Shown here: in pieces, positions 53,092 to 64,000 of the stretch
Layout: every line of letters starts with the position of its first letter
Numbering within the stretch: position 1 is the first letter of the stretch
Origin: Octopus sinensis
Lineage: Eukaryota
NCBI RefSeq assembly: GCF_006345805.1
Contig: NC_042998.1
Coordinates: forward strand, 17,112,001 to 17,176,000
Direction: 5' to 3'
DNA: 64,000 nt
Position numbers and translations under genes: made by a program
Notes under the pieces: model-generated
What the model was told of the DNA's origin: nothing
What the model saw: the letters and a program-made list of their open reading frames with translations, nothing else
The model's database searches: none

Positions 53092-53851
53092 AGAAATTTT
53101 ATTATTTATTGGCCACCAAGGGCTACATACAGAGGGACAATAGATGCTAGACAAGGTGAGATCGCATGCAAGCAGGCAACCAAGAGATATGACTGACTGA
53201 ATTAACAATAGGTAACGTGTATACATGTTAGAAATAAAATGAGAATAATAAGATGTAGTGTTGGACATGGGGATCCCACAAGCCACAAGCTGCACTTCTC
53301 TCACAAGATGAAACTTGGGGGTTCGCACTCAAATTAGACACATCCATATGCACCCATTTAGTCATAAATATGCGCGGCGGCAGCGACTCCCTTCTAGCAA
53401 TAGTTTCTTTTTCAGGTGATATATGTAATAGCTGGTTAAACCAATGCCAGAGAAGAAATTGTCAATCCTCAAACATTTCAGTCGCGTCAACAACACGACC
53501 TCATTCGCTACGGCCACCAAGCAGAGAAAAATTGCCTGCGTTTCCCGGTTGAAGGAAGGCGGTGGGACAATCTGCACAATGGACTCAGTTGACAACTGTG
53601 CTCCTCCCAGACATGACAGTAGGTGTTCGGTAAGTCCGAAATCAACGCAAACAGGACGATTGCGTGCAAAACAGTTTCATTGCTTTGATTGCATTTAGGG
53701 CATGTCCTTGTGACTGGGCTTCTGTGCCAGAAGAGTTTGTCTCGAGCAGGCAATACACCTCAGTAGCACTGCCAGGCCAATGATTTCTGGTAGTTATCCA
53801 TGGGCTTCCGCCTGAAAGTCCTACGGCAAGTTGAAAATCATTGAATCCCAT
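53092..53851 (-). mobile_element. Tx1/L1-clade LINE 3' end, 5'-truncated
   Basis: PARDKLFWHRSPVTRTCPKCNQSNETVLHA is an L1/Tx1-type CCHC knuckle; 3' UTR ends gtggccaataaataataaaa. Confidence 0.8.
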
Positions 53852-55511
53852 ATAAATAAAATATATAATGATTCCGATTAGAAAATGTTCAAATAAATTT
53901 GATGCGAAGTAGCATTAGCTTTGCTACTGAGATATGTATGACTAAAATCTGTTGTATTAGTTTTCACACAATAGAATCTATGACTGCACTAAATACTAGA
54001 TATACGTGAAATGATTTAAATTGCTCATAGATTAAAATTAACCAAATAGAAATACGAAAACTATCTTATCTTTAAAATCATGATGGAAGTAGAAGCCAAA
54101 CCACCAAAAAGACACGCTAACACTTTATCGCGACATGACTTATCACTCATCCCTAAAAAATTAACATCGTCCTGCATGATAGCTATTCTTAGTTTTGTGT
54201 TAGCTAATTGTGGTTGGAATTCAGTCCAAAAATTTACAATTGTGCAAACTTCATATAAAATCTAAAATATTTCATCTATAATTTATGTAGCACATAGTGT
54301 TATATAGCCGATGTATGAATATATTTGTCTTTATTAATATTTCAAAGAATCAGGAACAAATTTAAAAGTGACTTAAACCTATTGACATTCTAAAGAATTA
54401 ATATTTGTATTTTAAGCGTTCAACAAGATAGCAAAGGAACCAGAACTATGCACACATCCTTACAGTCAGAAGGATTATGATAATTTATTTTGCAGTGACA
54501 GGAGCCATAAGCTAAATCATCAGTGTTAACTTCTTGCATTATTAGTTAGAAATTATTTCCATGCGCTCATTATAGGACGACATTGTAAGGAATGGTTTCA
54601 AATAAGAATTAATGACTTTCCCTTTAATTCGCAACACGTATCCATGCTGTCCTGTCAGCCAATCATTTGTTGTGTAAGACTAGATGTCGATTAATCATTT
54701 GTTGAAGAATTAATGCACATTTGTGCTTTCGTAACAATTATAATCCCATAGCTTTGCTGAGATCCATTTTAGGGAGTTTACTATTCTTCGTTTGTTACTA
54801 TATTGAATATAACATTGGAAATTACTCTAGTGAAAGCAACAGAGAATTATTTTAATATATATAAAAATGGGAACCACTGGATTTATGTAATTTATAAATG
54901 GATTTATGTAATTGTTTAATCATATTCCAAATCTAATATCAGCAACATTTAGTTTAGCAATAAAAAAAAAACGAAGCAAATATAAGTTGTCGGCTATACT
55001 ACAAAAATCCCGCACCCAGAGAATCAAAAATTCCTGAGGCAGAAAAACATTCAATAATTTTGTTTGAAAAATTATAAGAAATTCAGAAGTTAGAATATCA
55101 TTTGGTGTGAGACATCATCAAAATACTATACCACTTCTGTGTGTTTTCGCGTGTATAGATTCTTAGTGCCAGAAACTATTTCGGTGGTAACCCATACTTT
55201 TCATTAGGTGACGTAAGATCTACACATTTGGCATTCAGAAAATTTACGTACAACTTTGAATCCGATGACAATTTTCTAACAACTCGCTAAAAGTTATTTT
55301 CATTTATACAAAATACATTTGACAAACTACAAAGATGTCCTGAAGAAAAGGATAACATTCATCACAGCTATTTCCCGGTTCACTTTTTATTGAAAGAGCC
55401 ATTGCTAATAAAATGTCTTCCTAATCCATATATATGACAACCTATATCTGGATAATTATCTATTTTCATGAATTTTCACTATGGAAGCTTTGAAAATTAA
55501 TCGATTAATTG

Positions 55512-56822
55512 CACTGGTCAACAAAATTGAATGTATTATATGAATGCAAACCAACATTTCTAGACTAATTTTTCATGTTTAATTCAAAGCTACACTCCAT
55601 TTGTATACAGCACGTATCAGTGTTCAGTAGATTCATGCAAATATTTACATATTTGTATATACGAAATCATTAATGTAATAAATAAAGATAATTTATTTTT
55701 AGAAAGTAAATGAGTTTATTGAGTGAAAAAAGCAAAGCGGACCTTCAACGGAAAAACACGTTTGTAGTATCACGTTTGTCTGCTGAAAATAAGTCATACG
55801 AACACCATGCCTTACCAGATACTTCTCCTTCAGTCTTGATACTGCCAGTTTTGCTTTATCTCTTGAGAGGAATAGGTCTCTGACAAGGTCATTCAGTTTA
55901 GCTTGGGAAAATTTCAAAGCTATCATCATCAGCATCGTAATCTTCCTCAGCAGCATTATCGTGACAGTCAGCATTATCAGCTGGAACTAGAACTGGCAGA
56001 CGTTCATTGTGTGGCACAGGTCTCATTGCAGAATCCATATTTGGATGCACAATTTTGTGCTTATTCTCCATAGAAAATCCTGTGTCTTTAACTTTGCAAA
56101 AATAATCTTTCAGCCCCCTCTATACAATTGCAAATATAATGCTCTTTCGGCTCCCTCCATATCATTGGAATGGCAAAAGGCATGGACTTATTATTATTGT
56201 ACCAGTCACGTAGGCTATTTGAACAAGCTGAGCAGATAAAATGTGATGCCCATAACTTGTCCTGATTTACAAGAGGATAGTCAAAGTATAGCTTATAAAT
56301 CTTCTTCATCTCTGGTGTTATTGTACGTTTTTGAGCTTTCACAATAAATCGTCCACAGACGTAACAAAACACATCAGGACGATTTCTACACTGTCTTGAC
56401 ATTGTTAGCTCTGCAAAACAAGTAAGGAAATAGATACAAACGATTATAGTTATATTGAATTTGAGATGATGAAATATTTCATCTGGCCAATAAGGACCGG
56501 ACAATTTGAAATGTTGAAATACCTATTTCATCAGACAAAACTTTATTGGTTGGTTTAACATGGTGGAATATTACATTTGAACTATGTAATAATGAATAAT
56601 GTAGTTTATTTTAAAGGTTTGTTTCCATGATGTAAATGAAATACGTGCATATACGTCATTAATCGGAATTTCTATATAATTCATGACCTAAAACCAAAAG
56701 ACTTTCTCATCTTGAAAACAGTACATAATAACTAAAGACTAATTGTACATTTGAAATCAGTTTAAAAACTACACTACGTACACTTTGACATATTCTTACT
56801 GAAAAATACTTGTTGACCAGTG
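55512..56822 (-). mobile_element. Chapaev-like (CMC superfamily) DNA transposon, internally deleted, both TIRs
   Basis: Perfect 13-bp TIRs CACTGGTCAACAA at 55512-55524 and 56810-56822; FCYVCG..NQDKLWASHFICSAC..PMIWREPKEH, LNDLVRDL.LSRDKAKLAVSRLKEK. Superfamily assignment from memory of these motifs. Confidence 0.75.
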
Positions 56823-57110
56823 TCATAAATTTGCATTTAATTTTCTAACAAGCAATGTGTTTTACGTACGTATTCAATTATTTATTAATTCAGCTGTCTA
56901 CAATTAAATTCTAAACAAATTTCAGCTTAGATTTTATCTTCATAGTGATTTTAATCAGTATCCGAATTGAGCGTTTTAGGGAACTGAGAAATTATGATGT
57001 ACTTCTTTACAGATGATTGATTAAGATGCCATGAAAGCCTGCCATGTTAATTTCTTGTATTTTTCAGAATGAAAAATGTATACATTTGTATACATTTCCA
57101 CTCTTGCTTA

Positions 57111-57940
57111 TAAGAGGTGGTATCAAGCATTAGTTAGTTCTCTTACAGGCTAACAGTTGGCAGCACATCGTTGCGTGCACAGTGAGAGCAAGCAGTGACC
57201 TTGATGAGGCAGATTGCCGAGTGACATCATGTGTTTACATCGCAAGTTGTGAAATTTGAGTTCTTGTGATCACGTCTATACAATAGTGTGCGATTTTGTG
57301 ATGGACAGGAACAAAGCGCCAACGTGAAATTTTGCGTAAAAATTGGGAGGTCAGCTACAGTTGAGCATTCTTTGGCGACGAGGCAGTGGGTTGTATGCAA
57401 TGTTTCGAGTGGTACGGGCGATTCAAAAACGAAGGAACATCCATCAAAGACGATATGCGATCTGGAAAACCTTTCATGAGCGTCACTCACGGAAATGTGA
57501 TATTGTGCACTGAGAATTCGCCCCGCAGGGCCAGGCCGTCAATCGAGAATTCTGCTCCGACGTTATTTTGAAGCGTTTGAGAGAGGATATTAAGCGAAAT
57601 GAACAAATATGTAGAACACGAAGAATTTGATTCTTCATGACGACAATGCACCCTGTCAACGAGTTCTCATCACTCATGAGTTTCTCGCTAAAAGCAACCT
57701 GGTATCGCTTCCGCACACACACTATTCGCTAGATTTAAAATTTGTGGACTTCCCAAGATGGAAATGCTGCTCAAATATCGCCTTCTAACCCTGTTGTCGA
57801 GATCCAGAGCGAATCGCAGAAGGAACTCAACTCGCTTACGGAAAAGGACTTCCAGACCAGATTCAAAAATTGGCAGGAATGTTCGGACCAGTTTATTACT
57901 GCGTAGTGTGATTATTTTAAAGGAGATGGTGTTAACACTT
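57111..57940 (+). mobile_element. Mariner transposon, internally deleted pseudogene
   Basis: EQSANVKFCVKIG, CFEWYGRFK..DDMRSGKP, LHDDNAPC, PHTHYSLDL, YFKGD. Confidence 0.88.
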
Positions 57941-58190
57941 GGGTTAGTTAGTTAATTAGTTAATTTTTTGGCTCAAAAAGCAAAAAGCCAGGCCATGTAG
58001 GGGGACATGGAGTTATGTACAGGGTGATGGTCATGTAAGGAGTTCAGGCCACTTGTGGTCAAAGGAGACTTTGAACCCAGCGGTCGTCGGCATCTTCACT
58101 ATCTCGTCCGGCAGCTTATTCCACGGATCCGCAACCCGGACGGAGAAATCCCCTCTCCTTCGATTGAGATGAAATCGTCGCAGATTGAGC
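57941..58190 (-). mobile_element. CR1 LINE 3' fragment inserted at the mariner end
   Basis: RRGDFSVRVADPWNKLPDEIV..FKVSFD; (AACT)n-like tail. Confidence 0.85.
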
Positions 58191-59711
58191 GGTAAAGGAG
58201 AGTAAAGGAGTTATTTTGTATTAAACATAATTAGATGGTATCATAATGATACATTCTCATATGTGTGTGAATTATAGGAAGTTGATACATTATATTCCTT
58301 ATCCGTCGATATATTGAAATGATGTTAAAGGGAGTCATAAACTTGTAAATAAAAATGTCCTTATGGCATGCATATACTCACACCATCGCGCACACACACT
58401 TATGCAGTCTGTTCGCAAACAACACCAAGACGAACACACTAAGCATACAAAAATTAATACACGTTTGATAACTCTTCCTTCAATGTATCCACACTGTACA
58501 TATAAACTGGTACGGGAAGAAGTACTCGTGTATCTTTTGACGCAATCACGCAATCAACAGCATGAACACAAACACTGACTTTCTTTGTTTCTCTCTCATT
58601 ATCACACAAAACACCATAAATATATAATCTAAAATCTAGGAGAGACATGTCACTAATGACATCACGATCGATGAAGAAGGGACTCTGACGAAGCTAGATG
58701 ATTGATTGATTAACCGAATGATGAATCAAAATATCGATCGATTTTTTAGCTGTGAAACAGAAATGAAACAGAATCAGTGCATGTGTTTTTTATTGACAAA
58801 ATATCACACGACACTACAAAATATTGGTGACATGATGGATTACATCTGGTGACTAGAGGGAATTAAGCGAAGATTGCTTTCGAAAGATATGTCCTATAAT
58901 CACAATTTTCTAAAAATGCATTAAATTTAAAATATATCTACTCTCTAACGATTGCATATAGAACTAATTTTATCTTAATTTAAATATTATACTCTCGTTC
59001 TTTTGTTTCTATTACACTTTGAGTATCTGATGCACAAAGTGTAAAATTTTGGGTTATTTTACTGTTTTGTTTTTTATTTTCTTGATCAGCATATGTGGAA
59101 GAAAATGAACATCGAAGAAGTGGGCAATAAAGTTAAAAAACACAAACACAATATTCTACAGAACATCTAAGAAATCACCAAGATGTTCATCTCATGTTTT
59201 GTATTACATGGTTTGTGAAGCCCATGTTTGGTCTAATGTATGGGATGATTCTCAAAAATTTTCGAAATTACAATTCTCGAAATTACAAATGAAAATAAAA
59301 CCACTTTTGCATCTAACTTGGTCGACACGAATACTTTGTACTTCTCTTAGGCAGGTGTCATTCAATTCTCACCTGCTGTTTTACTGGAATTTTCTCTCAG
59401 TATTTATACTTTAATGTTTGACAATTTATGGAATTTAAATTATATACATTGTTCATGCAAAAAAGAAACAAGAATTTGTGGTTGCTTTTCTCAAAATTGC
59501 TACGCTATGCTTCAATAAAAATTATGTTCTGACTATAAAGAACGGTTGTCCAGAAGAATATTGAGGTTGCATGAAAATTTCTAGTGAGAAGTAATACCTC
59601 GCTCAGAGATTTATTATTGTTATAGAACGGATTTTCTACGCCAGTGACTGTGGTTACTGTGAAAATCTATATATATCTGGCCTGTACAGGAAGTCCCTCA
59701 GCGAAGAACGG

Positions 59712-59766
59712 TGCTTGCCATGCGCTGACAAGAGGCAAATACCTCGAAACTGGTCCGTGTGTAGCA
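59712..59766 (+). ncRNA. Type I hammerhead ribozyme, unit 1 (more decayed)
   Basis: TGCT TGC CATGCG CTGACAA GAGGC-AAAT-ACCTC GAA ACTGGT C CGTGTG T AGCA. Confidence 0.6.
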
Positions 59767-60071
59767 TCCGTATCTTCGGTGAGGCTGATCTCCCTTTGCA
59801 GGCTAGCAAGGACACCGTGATGGTGTCGGCTCTTCTGGTGACGTCGATAGTCGCCTGGGGCTAAATGCATCAGTAACACCCCCACCACCCCGCCCTGTCC
59901 CTAGCCACATTCAGATGGCTGATCCCGCTTATATTATAGAGCAGTTACTGTTTATACCTCGCTCAGAGATTTATTATTGTTATCGAACGGATTTTCTACG
60001 CCAGTGACTGTGGTTACTGTGAAAATCTATATATATCTGGCCTGTACAGGAAGTCCCTCAGCGAAGAACGG

Positions 60072-60126
60072 TGCTTGCCATGCGCTGACAAGAGGCAAAT
60101 GCCTCGAAACCGGTCCGTGTGTAGCA
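60072..60126 (+). ncRNA. Type I hammerhead ribozyme, unit 2
   Basis: TGCT TGC CATGCG CTGACAA GAGGC-AAAT-GCCTC GAA ACCGGT C CGTGTG T AGCA: perfect stem II, palindromic stem III, GUC site; position 8 is A. Confidence 0.7.
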
Positions 60127-60409
60127 TCCGTATCTTCGGTGAGGCTGATCTCCCTTTGCAAGCTAGCAAGGACACCGTGATGGTGTCGGCTCTTCTGGTG
60201 ACGTCGATAGTCGCCTGGGGCTAAATGCATCAGTAACACCCCCACCACCCCGCCCTGTCCCTAGCCACATTCAGATGGCTGATCCCGCTTATATTATAAT
60301 AGTAATAAAATTGTTAACAACAAAATTCTCCGGGAAAGCAAGAAGGAATGAAAATTTTAAATATTGTTACTTGCATTAGAATTTGAATATTATTCACTTT
60401 TCTTTTGCA

Positions 60410-60575
60410 GAGGTTTTGGAATTGAAAACGTTGGGAAAATTTTAAAGATCTATCTCAGTTTGCATTCCGCAATATATTGGCGATGAGCCTTAATTGCAAG
60501 GTCTCCACTTGCCCCCAGAGCACTGCCGAAAAGCCAGAGCGTTTCAGAGCACATGGAATTGTTTACGCTGAGTAT
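60410..60575 (+). mobile_element. Possible hAT transposase C-terminal dimerisation relic
   Basis: RFWN*KRWENFKDLSQFAF..PQSTAE..ERF..GIV resembles FW..F..L..FA..LP.S.A..ER.FS. Confidence 0.35.
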
Positions 60576-61109
60576 GATTAAGATTAATCTAACTGTCTTC
60601 TTTTACAGGAAGAATTTTATAACTTGGTATTTATTAGTGAATGCTAAGAATAACATTCTAGGTAACGAGTACCCAGGAATATAACATCCTCCAAGCATAA
60701 ATTCCGAATCGTTTGCATCAGTGTAGCATTTTTATATTATTCATCTCGTACAACTTCGGAGTTGACAAAATATTACGACTTATTCAATTTTCACGGAGTA
60801 TATCTAAACCGATTCCACCCAAAAGTCCATTCTGTTGAGCATATATTTCAAAATGAATTTTCATATATGGTTGGCAAAAAGTTTTTAAAATAATGTAAAA
60901 ACATCTGAATCTTAGACCATCATATACGAACGCATTTACCCTTTCTCGTAGTTCATGTATGTATATGTATATTGTTGTGTCTGGAGAGAGTCATTCTGTA
61001 ATAACGCCTTATTAATTAACACACTAACTGGGTCTATTTTCACTCATATACCTTTTTTCTTTCTAAACATTTCGTTACTTCATGCAACATATCCAGTAGT
61101 TACATATCT

Positions 61110-61294
61110 ACATGCATGCATGTATGTATGTATGTACGTATGTATGTATGTATGTATGTATTTATTTATTTATGTATGCATGTATGTATGTATGTATGTA
61201 CGTATGTATGTATTTATGTAGGTATGTATGTACGTATGTATGTATGTATGTATGTATGTATTTATGTATTATGTATGTATGTATGTATGTATGT
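61110..61294. repeat. (TATG)n microsatellite
   Basis: Directly visible. Confidence 0.95.
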
Positions 61295-61990
61295 CAGGTC
61301 ACTTTCGAGTGCTACTGGTAACATGTAACCCAGTGAAACCTGTTCCATGGTCGGGTCGTCGGCGACTAAACTGGCAACCCCACCAAGCTTGCTTGGTGAG
61401 GAGGGTGTTTATTGGACACCCTCCGGGATGAAAAACAAAACCCGTCAAAGGGCGGAGGAACTCTTGAGAGTCAACGGCCATCCAATAAATGTGTAATATT
61501 TTTTTCTTAAGGCTTAAGGATGTATCATACACGGGGACATAGAAATAATCGGACTGAATACTCGATCGCGCGGTTAAGCCATTGGGAGTGAATGACTCCT
61601 AGCCTTTGTTAGGGCATCCTTCTAGGAGAAGGCAACTCAGGTAACTGGGATAACTCCGACATAAAACATGCGGCTAAGTGGTTACCGATGATGTTGACTC
61701 GTTCTTCTTTTCGGATTATGGCTGCTGTTGCTTAGTGAGTGGGATTGACTCAGTGCACAGCCTTTCTTCACTTTAAAAAAATATCTTCTTGCACAGGCAT
61801 TGCACGATGACAACATTGTTCATGATTGTTGATGGTGCTGTGAGCTTTAACTGAATGGCTGTCTGTAGCCTTAAAAAGTAAATGAAAGTCACATTCGATC
61901 ACAGCACCAATAACATTTAAGCTTCGTGCAATTGCTATACTCGATAACGAGGGGGAAGCCATCATGTATGTATATATGTAATGTATGTAT
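61295..61990 (+). mobile_element. Short non-autonomous RTE-derived element (5' UTR plus 3' end) in (TATG)n
   Basis: GC-rich structured 5' part with ggcatccttctaggagaaggcaactc, an RTE 5' UTR-like motif; ends gagggggaagccatc(atgt)n; no intact ORF. Confidence 0.55.
61319..61374 (+). ncRNA. HDV-like ribozyme fold, partly decayed
   Basis: P1 TAACATG/CATGGTC (5 of 7), P2 CCAGT/ACTGG, P3 GAA/TTC, P1.1 CC/GG, P4 TCG-TCGG-CGA, J4/2 CTAA. Confidence 0.45.
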
Positions 61991-62006
61991 GTATGTATGT
62001 ATATAT

Positions 62007-62040
<34 letters not shown>

Positions 62041-62060
62041 ATATATACATACATTCATAT

Positions 62061-62117
<57 letters not shown>

Positions 62118-62989
62118 ATAACATATGTAAGCGTATAATGATTAACAAATGCCATAGAATGATCGATATATTTAACCAGTTTTTAGAAATGAGTTCACTT
62201 ATACTTAAAAAGATATATCTAAGGAACAAATGAGTTCCAAGTGTCTTATTTAAGCTCCATTGCCTTCATTTTAGCAAATATATAAGTGTAACAATACACT
62301 CTTCTAAGTTTATTCAATTCAAGTTTTATGTAAATAATATCTCGTGCATAAGGAAAAAAACGTGATAAACATATAACATTATCAAGTAATCACAGATTGC
62401 ATAACAACCGAATCGTTTAACAGCCTTGGCAAAGTCTTACGTTATCTACAAACACAACATACACAAGTATATGCAAATATATACAAATTATATGCTTACA
62501 CATGTGTAAATGTATGTGCATATATGCATGTTCGTATGAATACATACATACAAATTCATATACCTAAAAGAAAATGTAAGAACCATGATAGATTCAAGTT
62601 ACCCTGCTGATGGAAATATGTTCGAAAACAAACAAAAAATAGGACTAGGAACATCTGCTTTCAAACCTCCAGGTTCCATGTAGAGACTTTAAATTCACAT
62701 TTATTTGTAATAATTGGTGCACTTCATGTTGTACAAGCAATCATAAGTGACAAACTTGACATGACGGAGTTTTCTAAAACAGAAGGAAACCAGGGACTTC
62801 TCACATTACAAATCTAATCTGCAAATGGAACAATGAAAATTTTCTTCAATTTAAAATGTGAATTTGCTTTTGTTATATTGATTTCAGAGATGAAGCTTTG
62901 TATATTCGTTGGGCAGATGATGATGAGGGTATGTTGGATTCTTGTTATGGCTGGGAAATATTATTATAACACATCTGTTTGATATATAT

Positions 62990-63663
<674 letters not shown>

Positions 63664-64000
63664 GCATAATCAAGGCAGATATGTGTGCGTGCGTACACAG
63701 GGCTTCTTTGCTTAAGGTGAGAGAATCACTTCTATGTTATTTTAAGTTTTTATGTTTCAAGGTGGAGGTTGATTTTTCTTTCTCGGTGCTTGAAAAATAG
63801 ATGTTTTAGGGAAAAAAAGTATGCATGATTTTTCTTATGATTCTTATAATATCAACTGAATATTCGAGTCGGGTTCCATTTAATCTTCTTTAAGGCTCGT
63901 CAGCACGGTTAATTCGAGATTTGAAAGTTTTCTACATTTTTCTCTTTTAGGATTTAAACCAGTCCATTTAAAGTCATTTAAGAGTTGAAATTAATCGATA

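Larger units (their letters stand above)
59594..60298 (+). mobile_element. Direct repeat, 360-bp period, hammerhead in each unit (retrozyme-like or Penelope pLTR)
   Basis: 59594-59938 and 59954-60298 differ at 4 of 345 positions; 15-bp spacer; visibly more GC-rich than the flanks. Confidence 0.85.

Noticed and set aside
58454-58745. Minus-strand acceptor followed by a 64-aa ORF
   Set aside because: No homology recognised; could be UTR or lncRNA but not supportable.
59594-60298. CRISPR interpretation of the direct repeats here or at 29744-29791
   Set aside because: No short repeats with unique spacers, no cas genes, eukaryotic context.
62888-62928. Candidate 41-bp micro-exon (DEALYIRWADDDE) with AG and GTATGT boundaries
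   Set aside because: No partner exons or recognisable domain; needs RNA-seq.

Overview
AT-rich, extremely repeat-dense eukaryotic DNA, most likely an octopus genome (inferred from the microsatellite load and SINE families, not verified). I find no host protein-coding gene I can support; nearly all ORFs in the track are microsatellite translations or decayed transposon fragments. Contents: three tRNA-derived SINE families (called A, B and C here), decayed LINEs (R4/Dong-like, CR1/L2-like, RTE-like, Tx1/L1-like), a Penelope-like relic, Helitron/Helentron fragments, mariner elements, a Chapaev-like element with both TIRs and a hAT relic. The most notable signal is a set of small self-cleaving-ribozyme folds. 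Top is a 360-bp tandem repeat with a type I hammerhead in each unit (retrozyme-like, 59.6-60.3 kb). Others are a minimal hammerhead with a compensatory G3-C8 core (4034-4082), further hammerhead variants in short TA-microsatellite-bounded elements, and an HDV-like fold at the 5' end of an RTE-derived element. All structures were paired by eye and none is tested. Several have core defects.
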